DNA of 63,875 bases, counting the filler, from Octopus bimaculoides (lineage: Eukaryota): the NCBI RefSeq assembly GCF_001194135.2. It is 5 parts of 5 records of this genome, joined end to end, with 100 filler letters (N's around TTAATTAATTAA, not from the genome) between each part and the next. Parts side by side here need not be neighbours in the genome. Positions count along the whole stretch, not along the records: positions 1 to 27,315 come from NC_068989.1; positions 27,416 to 45,411 come from NC_068994.1; 3 more parts are not named here. One strand, given 5' to 3'. Numbering within the stretch: position 1 is the first letter of the stretch; every line of letters starts with the position of its first letter. Below the pieces are notes generated by a model, which saw only the letters and a program-made list of their open reading frames with translations, searched no databases and had not been told where the DNA came from. The position numbers and the translations under genes were made by a program. This document shows positions 25,915 to 37,100 of the stretch, piece after piece.

Positions 25915-27180
25915 ATATAGAACGACTTTATCTGCCAAGAAAAGAGGATGGCCATAGACTTTAACAATTAACAATGAAGATTGCCATAATTGGCAATCTT
26001 TCTGAAAAACTGATGACTGGATGTTGAAACTTGTTTTAAAGCACAAAAACAAGAAGACAACATACTCAGTAACAAAACGGGCAAAGAAATATCTAAATGA
26101 ATTCCAAATACAACAAATTCCAGAATTTGACGTACTGGAAACAAACACAAAAAAAGCTAAGCGTATGAAAACTCGTTCTAAAACAGCTGCCTTAGATATT
26201 CTTACTGATAAATGGCAAGAAAAACCTCTCAATGGCAAATACTCAAAAAGAGCTAATAGTGCCGATGTTGACGAAGCCCTTACCCACCAGCGGTTAGTGT
26301 CTTCTGGCTTAAAATCAGAAACAGAGGGGTTTATCATAGCAGCCCAAGATCAATGCCTACCTACAAGGACCTACCAAGCCAACATATTAAAGAATGGCAG
26401 TAGCCCAACATGTGTATGTAAATAACAGGCTGAAACCATCGATCATGTTGTCTCCATGTGCAGTCTTCTTGCATCTACAGAGTATCTCAACAGGCATGAT
26501 AGAGCTGCACAGTATAGCCACTGGGTAATTTGCAAAAACTTGGACCTACCCCATGATAAAAACTGGTGGGAACACAAACCATCCCCAGTGCTTGAAAATG
26601 ACCACATCTCAGTCCTCAAGAACTTCACCGTTCAAACTGACAGAAAGATAGATGCAAATAGGCCAGGCATTATATTGTAGAACTTCAGACAAAAATCATG
26701 CCTCCTCATTGATATGACTGTCCCAATCGATATAAATGTATCTGTCAAGACCTACCAAAAACTGAGTAAGTATAAAAATCTTGAAATAGAAATTGGCAAA
26801 ATGTGGAACTTCAAGATTAGAACAATACCTGTTATCATAGGTGCATTGGGAATGATAGCAAAAGGGGCTGATTGCTACCTAGCTCAGATACAAAGAAATC
26901 CAAAAATGGTAGAAATTTAAAAAATGGTAGAAATTTTAAAAAATAGTGCTCATGGGAACTGCCCATATCCTACGTAAAATACTGTCTATGTAATCTCAAA
27001 TTTTGAAACAAACTAATTTTCTTATGTTTTCTTAAACATTCTCTAGAACAATATTTTGTACAAAACCAAATATATGGCACCCTAGGCATAACACCAACTT
27101 GAACTTCTAGCTTGTTGTCTCTTGAGGATTCTGAGTGAGACTTTGAGTCAATTTGTACAAATGCAAAGCAAAAGTCAAAC
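25915..27180 (+). mobile_element. R4/Dong-clade non-LTR retrotransposon, 3' part (zinc knuckle plus restriction-like endonuclease)
   Basis: SSGLKSETEGFIIAAQDQ, C..C....ETIDH..S.C, YLNRHDRAAQY.HW, NRP.II, LIDMTVP.D.N...K..KY..L..EI, IPVIIGALG. The 3' end runs into (TAA)n. Confidence 0.88.
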
Positions 27181-27315
27181 ATAAAATAATAATAATGATA
27201 ATAATAATAATAATAACAAATACGAAGAAGAAGAAGAAGAAGAAACAACAAAAGCTATAAAACAAATGAAATCCAAACTAAAACTAGAACAGCAACGGAC
27301 CATGATAAAACGATG

Positions 27316-27415
27316 NNNNNNNNNNNNNNNNNNNNNNNNNNNNNNNNNNNNNNNNNNNNTTAATTAATTAANNNNNNNNNNNNNNNNNNNNNNNNNNNNN
27401 NNNNNNNNNNNNNNN
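27316..27415. other. Artificial join linker 44N-TTAATTAATTAA-44N (also 45412-45511, 55685-55784, 62677-62776)
   Basis: Identical 100-base geometry occurs four times. The 12-mer has stop codons in all six frames. Confidence 0.9.
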
Positions 27416-28092
27416 GGCTGAGGTGGTGAGGCAAGACCTTCGAACATTGGGCCTCACCGAGGTGATGACTTCTGACCGAGACCTTTGGAAATATGCTGTA
27501 CGTGAGAAGACCCAGCAAGCCAAGTGAGACCTAAATCCAAGGTCTCTGCCAGGGGTGTAGCCAGCCCACTTATGCATACCTTTCCTTCTTTGGCACTAAA
27601 CTTCACTTGCGAAGACCTGTTGAGGCAAGTGAAATCGAAACCGAACTAAATTCGACGACTGGCACCCATGTCAAAGTCGTCTCCTTTATTGGACACGAAA
27701 CTCAGCTTGTGAAGACTTATTGGGGCAAGTGAAAACGAAATCGGAATGGCACCTCTGCCCAGCGTCGCCTTTCTGGCACTTGTGCCCGTGGCATGTCTAA
27801 GGACTTTCGAGCAAGTGCGCCTGGACTGGCTGTTGTGTGGGTGGCACATAAAATACACCATTTGAGCGTGGCCGTTGCCAGTACCGCCTGACTGGCCTTC
27901 GTGCCGGTGGCACGTAAAAGCACCCACTACACTCTCAGAGTGGTTGGCATTAGGAAGGGCATCCAGCTGTAGAAACTCTGCCAAATCAGATTGGAGCCTG
28001 GTGTAGCCATCTGGCTTCACCAGTCCTCAGTCAAATCGTCCAACCCATGCTAGCATGGAAAGCAGACATTAAACGATGATGATGATGATGAT
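27416..28092 (+). mobile_element. RTE LINE 3' end with 3' UTR and (GAT)n tail
   Basis: EVVRQDLRTLGLTEVMTSDRDLWKYAVREKT. The same terminal UTR occurs at 43125-43315 and 43590-43790. Same family as 39190-40010 and 55785-57290. Confidence 0.85.
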
Positions 28093-28601
28093 ATATANNN
28101 NNNNNNNNNNNNNNNNNNNNNNNNNNNNNNNNNNNNNNNNNNNNNNNNNNNNNNNNNNNNNNNNNNNNNNNNNNNNNNNNNNNNNNNNNNNNNNNNNNNN
28201 NNNNNNNNNNNNNNNNNNNNNNNNNNNNNNNNNNNNNNNNNNNNNNNNNNNNNNNNNNNNNNNNNNNNNNNNNNNNNNNNNNNNNNNNNNNNNNNNNNNN
28301 NNNNNNNNNNNNNNNNNNNNNNNNNNNNNNNNNNNNNNNNNNNNNNNNNNNNNNNNNNNNNNNNNNNNNNNNNNNNNNNNNNNNNNNNNNNNNNNNNNNN
28401 NNNNNNNNNNNNNNNNNNNNNNNNNNNNNNNNNNNNNNNNNNNNNNNNNNNNNNNNNNNNNNNNNNNNNNNNNNNNNNATATATATTCATATATATTTTG
28501 ATAGAAAAGATAAGACAACAAAAGAAAGAAAGAGACCTCAATATTATGTAAATAGAGAGATTTATCTGTAAATAATATGTGACAATTATTCGGTAGCCAT
28601 G

Positions 28602-28660
28602 ATAAAACTCAGAGTTTCGGATGTTGGGGCGGAAACCCACGCTGCCATATCTTCAGTTAT
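28602..28660 (-). ncRNA. Minimal hammerhead motif (left arm)
   Basis: ATAA-CTGAAGA-TATG...CATC-C-GAA-ACTCTGAGT-T-TTAT. Confidence 0.55.
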
Positions 28661-29572
28661 TTGGCCATCAAAAAAAAATGCTATGGAAATGACCGTTAAA
28701 CAAAGGGAAATTACTGTGTGATTGACCATTATTAAGACAAAAGAGCTATTAGAATGACCGCTAAGTGAAGGTAAGGTAAGGGAGTAAAAATGTCCATAGT
28801 ATTTGCGTAAGCGCACCAATCCATACATGCACATGCACGTCCGCACACCCACGTACATGCACCTAAATGTATATCCTCATCCACCCTCACTTGAAACACA
28901 CACATGCTCACCCACACATTCACCAAAATATATATACATACCCGCATACACGCTCGCACACACACACACGTGCGCAACACGCTCGCACACGTACACACGC
29001 GCGCGCAAAAAAAGGTTCATACACATGTCTATATACGCATGTGCACAAGAAAAAACAGGGCTAAAGGCAAAATACAGAAAAAATGTGTGTGCGGGTACGT
29101 GCATATATAGATGTGTGTGTGCGTGCATGCATGCAAGAATGTGCGTATGTAGACGTGTTTTACTCTTATTGCTTTTTGACACATTTTCTGTATTTTGCCT
29201 TTAGCCTTGTTTTTTCTTGTGCACATGCATATATACACATGTGTATGTATGCGAGCGTGTTGCGCACGTGTGTGAGCGTGTATGCAGGTATGTATATACT
29301 TTTTGGCGAATGTGTGGGTGAGCATGTGGGTGTTTCAAGTGAGGGTGGCTGAGGATATACATATAGGCGCATGTACATGGGTGTGCAGGCGTGCATGTGT
29401 ATGTATGGACTGGTGCGCTTATGCAAATACTATAGACATTTTCACTCCCTTACCTTTACTCCCACCCTTCACTTAACGATCATTCTAATAGCTCTTTTGT
29501 GTTAATAACAGTCAATCATACAGTAATTTCCCTTTGTTTAACGGTCATTTTCATAGCATTTTTTTTGATGGT

Positions 29573-29631
29573 CAAACTGAAGAGATGGCGGCATAGGTTT
29601 CTGCCCAGACATCCGAAACTCGGAGTTTTAT
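29573..29631 (+). ncRNA. Minimal hammerhead motif (right arm)
   Basis: CTGAAGA-GATG...CATC-C-GAA-ACTCGGAGT-T-TTAT. Confidence 0.55.
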
Positions 29632-29651
29632 CATGGCTACCAAATAATTGT

Positions 29652-29699
<48 letters not shown>

Positions 29700-30052
29700 C
29701 TTAATTATAATAATATGACAAACAAAAGAATGAATGAGACCTCGATATTATGTAAATAGAGGAATTTATCTATAAATATGCATATAGAGATGTATATGTG
29801 CATATCGAGATGTATACATGAACAATGATGCGTGCATGGGCACGTGTATGCATGTATATGTGTGTATGTTTACATATGTATAGATATATATGTGTGTATG
29901 TGAGTATGTATATATATATATATACACATGTGTGTGGATGTGTGTATGTATATGTATATATACGCACATTCTATGAATGAAGTTTTACTTTCTCCATGCC
30001 TATTAGAGTAACTTTCCTTTATTTAACAGTTTTTTTCATAGCGTTTTTGTCT

Positions 30053-30115
30053 TAATAACTGATGAGATACCGGAGCAGACTTCAGCCCTGGCATCCGAAA
30101 CTCTGACTTTTATTA
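30053..30115 (+). ncRNA. Older paralogue of the 28.6/29.6 kb hammerhead
   Basis: TAATAA-CTGATGA-GATACCGG...CTGGCATC-C-GAA-ACTCTGACT-T-TTATTA (6-bp helix I). Confidence 0.5.
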
Positions 30116-30135
30116 TGACAACTAATTGATTGTCC

Positions 30136-30170
<35 letters not shown>

Positions 30171-30179
30171 CACACAAAG

Positions 30180-30639
30180 TATGGAGGTTTAGTTCACAGG
30201 TGATCTAAGTGATTAGGTACGCTAGGTAAGTGCTGTAACGGATTACTAGGGCTTCAAGGTTATAGCCAAGACAGTAGTTATGGAGCCATTGTAGATATCC
30301 GATGCAGCAGATATATAATTGTTAAAGAGGACAACAAACATTAAGGCAAGGTAAACATCTCAAGTTATATGCAATATTATTACTGGAAAAAATTCAAAGT
30401 CTTACAGCTGTTTCTGGATGTCCCCGAGTATGGGATATTCCATCATCAGAAACAAATAAGGAAAAAGAGAATGGTATAAATTAATGAGATGTCGTCATCT
30501 CATCAATATATACCATTCTCATTTTCCCTATTTGTCCAGAAACAGCTGTAAGTCTTTGAATTTTTTCCAGTAATAATATTGCATATAACTTGAGATGTTT
30601 ACCTTGCCTTAATGTTTGTTGTCCTCTTCAACAATTATA

Positions 30640-30640
<1 letters not shown>
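30180..30640. mobile_element. Penelope pLTR-like repeat with near-perfect foldback (30313-30640)
   Basis: About 105-bp outer arms with very few mismatches, plus an inner about 39-bp hairpin. A paralogue lies at 15727-16220. Confidence 0.75.
30399..30453 (-). ncRNA. Minimal type I hammerhead ribozyme with GUA site
   Basis: GTTT-CTGATGA-TGGA ATATCCC atactc GGGGACA TCCA-GAA-ACAGCTGT-A-AGAC. Helix III is a perfect palindrome. Confidence 0.75.
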
Positions 30641-30689
<49 letters not shown>

Positions 30690-30701
30690 CACACACACAA
30701 A

Positions 30702-30965
30702 TGCAGTAAATGTAGGGCATCCTACATTTGGAGCACCACCAGGAAAGTGCACATTTGAATAAAAGAACATGTGTGCACAGATATTTCAAAAAAAAAAAGA
30801 CACCTAAAAAAGTGTCAGACCCAGGATTTTAAGGTATTCATTAGAGCCACTCAACACAACAGGTTCAATCTGAGAATCATGGATGCCCACCTTATTAACC
30901 AACTGAGACCAACCATTAACAACATGAAGGAACTACCAATGAGTTTTCTATCCCTCACTGTTCAG
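30702..30965 (+). mobile_element. Second Penelope-like GIY-YIG remnant
   Basis: CSKCRASYIWSTTRKVHI*IKEH...HLKKC...NLRIMDAHLINQLRPTIN. Confidence 0.65.
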
Positions 30966-32039
30966 AAGAATGAGTTATAGAGCTAATATAGAAATATAAG
31001 GTAAAACTGCAACTTCTTTTTTTATTTTGTTTTTCCATTTGTAGTTTACTTTGTACCTTACACAACAAATCTCTTTAAAGTAATATCATACAAAGCTTCA
31101 CTAAAACTATTCTACTTTAATGTTAACAATTTAAAACTACTAAAGTTTCTCTAAGTGTGAAATTACAGACCACGTCCCAAAATTAATGGTCATATTTTGC
31201 AATGTCCCTAAGTACAAAATCTCGTAACTAGTAGCTGTAATGCAGGGTATGCCCGTAATAGTCACAGTTACTTTTTAATCCCAGAGCAGAACTATGATTC
31301 GAGGCATTCCAGCTACAATTACCCCGTCTTTTTGTCAGACATAGTGTATCTAAGACTACATTATCCAATGCGTCTATTTCTTTCTTAATCCCTCCCTTCA
31401 GAGACTTTATCCAATGTATTAGACAATTTTTCAGCATAAATTACAAAAGAAATATAAATTACAATTATGCTGAGTTGCAGTTACCAATTCCTTGGACACC
31501 TCTAAAAAACATATAACCAAGACCACATGATTCTGACTCAGTGTTTGCTCACAAGTCATAGAGGATGGCTGCATCTTCTCAAATCTCACAGATGTAAGTA
31601 AATTAGTATTTTTTTATCTAGTGTTAGCAAAATTTTTATTTATCCATGCCAAAAATTAAGCATATTGAATACTGAATTCTTTAAAAATTTACTCAATATA
31701 TGTTATTTACTTGTATTTAGACATAAATAAAAAATAGTTTTACTTTTTTATCCATGACTGAAGGGGTTAAGATGGTTAGGTGTGATATAAGGGAGATTTA
31801 GCTGCTATTTCTAGAAGGCCGACCAACCAGATAGAAGCTTTTCATTGGTTTGTCATAATAGTAGAGGGTGGTATTTAACAGAATCTCTATAGCAATAGTC
31901 AAAAGACTGTGTGGTAATTTAGTTATCACATTCTAAGTTCAAATCCTGCCAAAGTCAATATAGTATAAAAAATTTACAACTGAAGTACTTCAGTTGATAC
32001 AATCAACTGGCCATATGTATATGTTAGAAATAATGATAA

Positions 32040-32485
32040 TGGGCTCAAATTTTGGCACAAGGCCAGTAGTTTGGGGGTAGAGGGCTAGTCAATTACATTG
32101 ACCCCACAGTGCTCAACTTTTACTTCTTTATCAACCCCAAAATGAAAGCAAAGGTAACCTTGGCAGAATCTGAACTCAGAATGTATAGATGGATGAAATG
32201 CTGCTAATCATTTTGTCTGGTGTGCTAAGAATTCTGCCAACTTGCCGCCTTAATAAAAACAATAATAATAATCCTTTCTACTAAAGGTACAAGGCCTGCA
32301 AATTTGGGTGAGGGAGCTAATTGATTACATAAACCCCAGTATTTCAGTGGTATTTGTTTCATCAACCCCAGAAGGATGAAAGTCAAGGTTAACCTTGGCA
32401 GAATTTGGACACATAACGTAAAGATGGACAAAATTTTGTAAAGCATTTTGTTCGGCACGTTAATGATTCTGCCAGCTTACCTTAA
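32040..32485 (-). mobile_element. Two tandem SINE copies (GGCGGCGAGCTGGCAGAA family)
   Basis: Each copy has TTTGGCACAAGGCC...CAACCCC...CCTTGGCAGAAT...ATTCTGCCAGC on the + strand. Confidence 0.75.
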
Positions 32486-32552
32486 TAATAATAATAATAA
32501 TAGAGAATATGAAGAGAGTGATGTGATTGCAATAGATATTTTATTGGTTTGA

Positions 32553-33251
32553 ACAGCTTGCCTGTCTTTGTTGAGTTCAAAATGGAAAGTGATACAAAGA
32601 AATTCAAAATTATAGAAATTCAAATTCAAAAGTTTGAACAAGGGCAAGAAACAAATTAATTGTTGTTGAGGCAAAATCTTAAATGTGCTTGCATTTTTGA
32701 TGGATCAAATAAAAACTTCTCTGGAGAGTTTCCAATGACCAGTTCAAATGCATATGCCAGGACAAAAAGATCACAATCATATGTGCCAACTTGGGGATTA
32801 GTAATATGAACTTGTTGAACTGTAGGAATTATGTTTGTGGTGAGTACAGCATTGTTACTTGTGTTGTCAGTTCCTGTGGTACTGATAAGTTGAAACTGTA
32901 AGAAATATCTCCAAAAAAATTGGTCAGCATAACAAAATAATTATTCCTAGTGTGATGAATGAACAGTGTGCAGTGTGGACTGTATGTTAGAAATTCCCTG
33001 TGAGAAAAAAATCATTGGTTGTATTGGAATTTCAGGAAAATTTTCCGACATAATTTTCAACCTGGTGTCCATAAGTTTGTCACATAACAATTTTTCTTTC
33101 TTTTTCTTTTTGCCAATTGTAAAATTGAAAATTGAAGACTGATGATGTCATTCCATCAAAGTGGAATGTAGGTTACCCTTGTTCAAACTTTTGAATTTGA
33201 ATTTCTATGTATCACTTTTCATTTTGAACTTGACAAAGATAGGCAAGCTGT
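32553..33251. mobile_element. Non-autonomous TIR element (about 700 bp, about 80-90 bp TIRs)
   Basis: ACAGCTTGCCTGTCTTTGTTGAGTTCAAAATGGAAAGTGATAC versus GTATCACTTTTCATTTTGAACTTGACAAAGATAGGCAAGCTGT. Confidence 0.7.
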
Positions 33252-33906
33252 CGAAATATCATTCAAACCTTGCATTGTCTGTTTACCTTTGTGAAGAGTT
33301 ACATCAATCCTTTTAAAATATCAATAATAATAATGGCTTTTAAATTTTGGCACAATTCCAGCAATTGCTGGAGGGGGACAAGTTGGTTACATCAACCTTA
33401 GTACTCAACTGGTATTTATTTTATAGACCCCAAAAGGATAAAAGGCAAAGTCAACCTCAGTAGAATTTGCCAAGTGTGCTAATAATTCTGCCAGCTCTCC
33501 TTAATAATGTCAGTTTCATCACCAAAGGCAGGACATTATGGATCACTTCAGTTAACATTATTGACACCCCTTTCTCAATTAAATCCTTAATGTAATAGAA
33601 ATTCAAGGAGTGAAAAATCAGAATTTGCCTTAAGGCAGAATTGAAAAAAGATGTTGCAAGTGAGATAGCAACTACAGTGGTGTTAAGACACTGGAAATGG
33701 AAAAACTGTGAAACGTGTTGTGTAACCTCTTCAAAATCACATTTAATCAGGTAGACTTCCCTATAACCTAAATATAGCTGATCAAATGTGTATAGAACAA
33801 CAACCACCAAGTCATGTAACCTGTAACATACACTGTGTTCTGGATCCATGCAACACACTCTACAGTGTAAATGTGCTAGTGAAATGAGAAAAATAAAATA
33901 TCAAAC

Positions 33907-33992
33907 CTGTAATGTTGTGGGCTCCAGGTTTGCAAACAAACTGGTGTTTAGCATTTTCCATCAGGCCATCTGTTCCACCAATTAATTCAGTC
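33907..33992 (-). CDS. EXOC4: EXOC4/Sec8 internal exon (86 nt, phase 2-1): xTELIGGTDGLMENAKHQFVCKPGAHNIT
   Basis: Acceptor tttatttgtag, donor GTTTGA. Matches recalled human ELQGG...KFVCKPGARNIT. Confidence 0.88.
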
Positions 33993-34139
33993 TACAAATA
34001 AACAAATGCAAATTAACTAACCCAGGATAATATATATTATGAAGCAACTGGTTTAATTAACATCAGTTTAATTAAAATATATTACAGAGGGAGATTAATG
34101 ACAAAAACCTTTCATGCCCAGCTACTAAACATTATACAT

Positions 34140-37100
34140 CAGCAATAGTAATGCCTTAATGGAGTGTTTATGTACCCTCTGAGGACATAAACATTGGACT
34201 GAAGATATGCTTCCTGATGAATCAACACTGCTGCAGGTTTTAGTATGCCAGCATCATGTCAGGAGGCCTCATGGAAAAAGATACGAGGAAAAATATATAG
34301 TATTAACAATGAAACACTCAGTCAGTCTAATGATCTGAGGTGCTGTTTTCATGTCTGGAGCCATTGGTTCATATATCTTGGATTCTGGGACAACTATAAA
34401 TGATCAGAAGTACCTGGAACTGTAGAAAGACAAACTGGAAATGCATATGTGCATACGTGGATGTGTATCAGTGCAATGTTCAAGTGTTAATTGTTTAGCC
34501 TTAAACAGTCCCTTTTTGGCTCCCGCATAACCATTCTTGTGCTTGTCGATTGGATGCTTTAAGTCATTCAATCAGACCTTTTCCCACCACAGCAAAAAAT
34601 GTAGTCTGTTTGAGCCTACAAGTGGCTTTAAATAAGAATGGTTTTTGAGTTTAGTCAGTGAAGAGATAAATGTTAGCAGAATTCCTCGACACCATGTTAT
34701 GTGTTTTTCCTGCATACACCATCAAGAAGCATGATGAACCTATGTATTTTATTTGACAGAATTATTCATGTTATACCAGTTTGCTGTATTCTCTTTTAGC
34801 AGCAGAATAAATGTGGCAGCCAACTTCAACTTTTCTTTGTATTCTCTTAATGTTATTCATCCTGACTGATATTAAATCAGAAGATATAATATTACCAAGG
34901 CTGTAGCCACATCCATCCATTCCACAATGCTAAAACTGGTGACCCTGACTCAGGACTTTTTGCAGCAATATTTGTCCAGCTACTGATTAATGCCATCTTC
35001 AATCTAACGTAGTGCCACTACATCAGTTATGCCTGTAGAAATCTTTTATATTTTTTAACAGCAAAACTGGTCATACCTGTCAATTACTGTTGGTCTCTAT
35101 GTTTTAACATCATCACCTTACATGTAAGACATTTTTCTGGTTGGAAAACTCCTCCTCAAACCTGTTTCAGCTGGTTTTTTTTTTTTTTTCATTTTCCAAG
35201 CTACAGACTGCAAGACCATTTTTACATGCATTTATTACTTCTTACTACTTCATCCATATTTAGATAGCGTTGTTTGCATTGCCTTTCACGAGACATGGCA
35301 GTCAAATCTGCTACTGGGATTTGTTGAGTTAAGTACCTACCAATTTTTCTTTTTGGTACAATTTATTTCTGGTAACTAACACAGTGTGGCATAATCTCCT
35401 GTTGATTCTGAAATTTCTAATACATTACCATTGCAAACTGCAACATTGTTTGCTTCTCCTCCATTTAATGGCAACTCGGCTATCTCATTTTCTCAGCTAG
35501 AGGCCAATTTTGCTGCCAATAATATCACTTCTGATGTATGACAGTCACATTCATTGGTCAGTGTTTTGCCTCCGGCCTTAAGCAGTGGGGTGAAAGACGT
35601 TATTACAGCTAATGTGCATAATCCATTGTATCCAACCATGAAAGCTGAAATTTTGTGGTGTATTTCTTCTTCTAAGCAGAAACGCTACCATCAGTTGATG
35701 TATAAAGAAACCCTAGACAATAAGCATCCTTTGCAGTTGCTTTGCCAGATGCAGGATTTGGCTGGAAGTAATTCCATGGAAGAAGATATGCTAAAACAGT
35801 TATTTTTCTCTCAACTCCCTAGTAATGTCCAAGCTATTCTGACCACCATCAAGGAGCATAGCTCTACCCAGCAGTATGGCTGATGGCATCATGGACATTT
35901 CTTCTCCATCTTCACAGTTTACTGAAAATTCTCCCACCATTTCTTCTCTATCAACGGAGTTATCCTTTTTTCTGCAAAGAATACAACAGGAAGATCCAAC
36001 TGCTTACTGAGCAAGCCTCTTGACTGCAGTTTCCTTCAATTTCTCCATGCTCAAGACTATGAAATCATTCTTTTTCTCACCCTCGAATTTGTTCTTCTAA
36101 CAGAGGCAAAATGCAGTATTGTTGGTATCACCAACAATATGGACTGTGTGCTCACAAGTGTATCTCACTATGTGTTTTTCCTTCTTCAGTGCAACTACAG
36201 GAAAGCATGATTCCCAGGGATTAACTGCAGCTACATCTCTGGATATGTCATTAGAATGCTGCGTCTTTATGTCCACAATGCCAACTCTAACCAACAGTTA
36301 TTAGTCGATACTGGTGCTGCATGTAGTGTCTGGCCCATGAGTTTTATAACTGATTCATACCAACCATCTGCCATTACTTTACAGGCAGTAAACCATTCAC
36401 TTATTCTTACCTATGGAGAAAGATCATTTACCTTGGACATCAACCTTCGCAGACCATTTCAATGGGTATTTATTATTGTTGACTTCCATACCCAATTCTT
36501 GGTGCTGACTTTTTACAGCATCTCCATCTGTTGGTTGATTTGAGGAATAAGAGACTAATAGATGTACAAAGTCTTCTTTCTCCTCAGGGTTCATCTTCAA
36601 GACCTGCTACTATTAGTCCTCTATTTTTTTATTCCATCTCCTTCAAATGTTTTTCGTGAACTTTTATCAAAGTTTACAAAGTTAACTCAAACTGTGTTTC
36701 ATAATAAATCTCCAGCACATTCTGTCATGCATCATATTTTCACTAAGGGATCCCTGTGGTTTCCGCTCCCTGGCACCTTGCCCCAGATAAACTCAAAATC
36801 ACGTAAAATGAATTCTGTCATGTGCTCAACCTGGGAATAATTTGTCCTTCCAACAGTAATTGGTTTTCTCCGTTGTATCTTGTTTTAAAGAAATCAGGAG
36901 ACTGGTGCCTGTGTGGAGATTATCGTTGTCTGAATGCTATAACAGTTCCGGACCATTATCCTATACCTCATATCCACAACTTCTCTGCATTTTTACGCAG
37001 CTGCTCCATTTTCTCTAAAACTGATCTAGTACAAGACTATAACCAAATCCTTGTTGAACTTTCCAACATATCAAAGACTGCCAAATCTACTCCTTTTCAC

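Larger units (their letters stand above)
28575..29658. repeat. About 500-bp inverted duplication with about 90-bp spacer
   Basis: 28575-29088 is the reverse complement of 29179-29658, roughly 85-90% identical by eye. Confidence 0.9.

Noticed and set aside
25990-26035. CTGATGA...GAAAC motif inside the R4/Dong ORF (also chance CTGANGA hits near 33140, 50015 and 59950)
   Set aside because: No helix II or helix I pairing, or no correctly placed GAAA and NUH.
27360-27371. Conserved TTAATTAATTAA motif
   Set aside because: It is an assembly linker with fixed N padding.
31481-31593. Possible + strand exon ending ATGGCT...CAGAT|GTAAGT (MAASSQISQ)
   Set aside because: It has only splice-like signals, with no homology and no downstream partner exon.
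33457-33858. 133-aa minus-strand ORF as the next EXOC4 exon (IFHSL...YIKD resemblance)
   Set aside because: No acceptor gives the required phase 1 without a stop. The + strand instead resembles a decayed LINE RT (LCNLF...FP...PVT).
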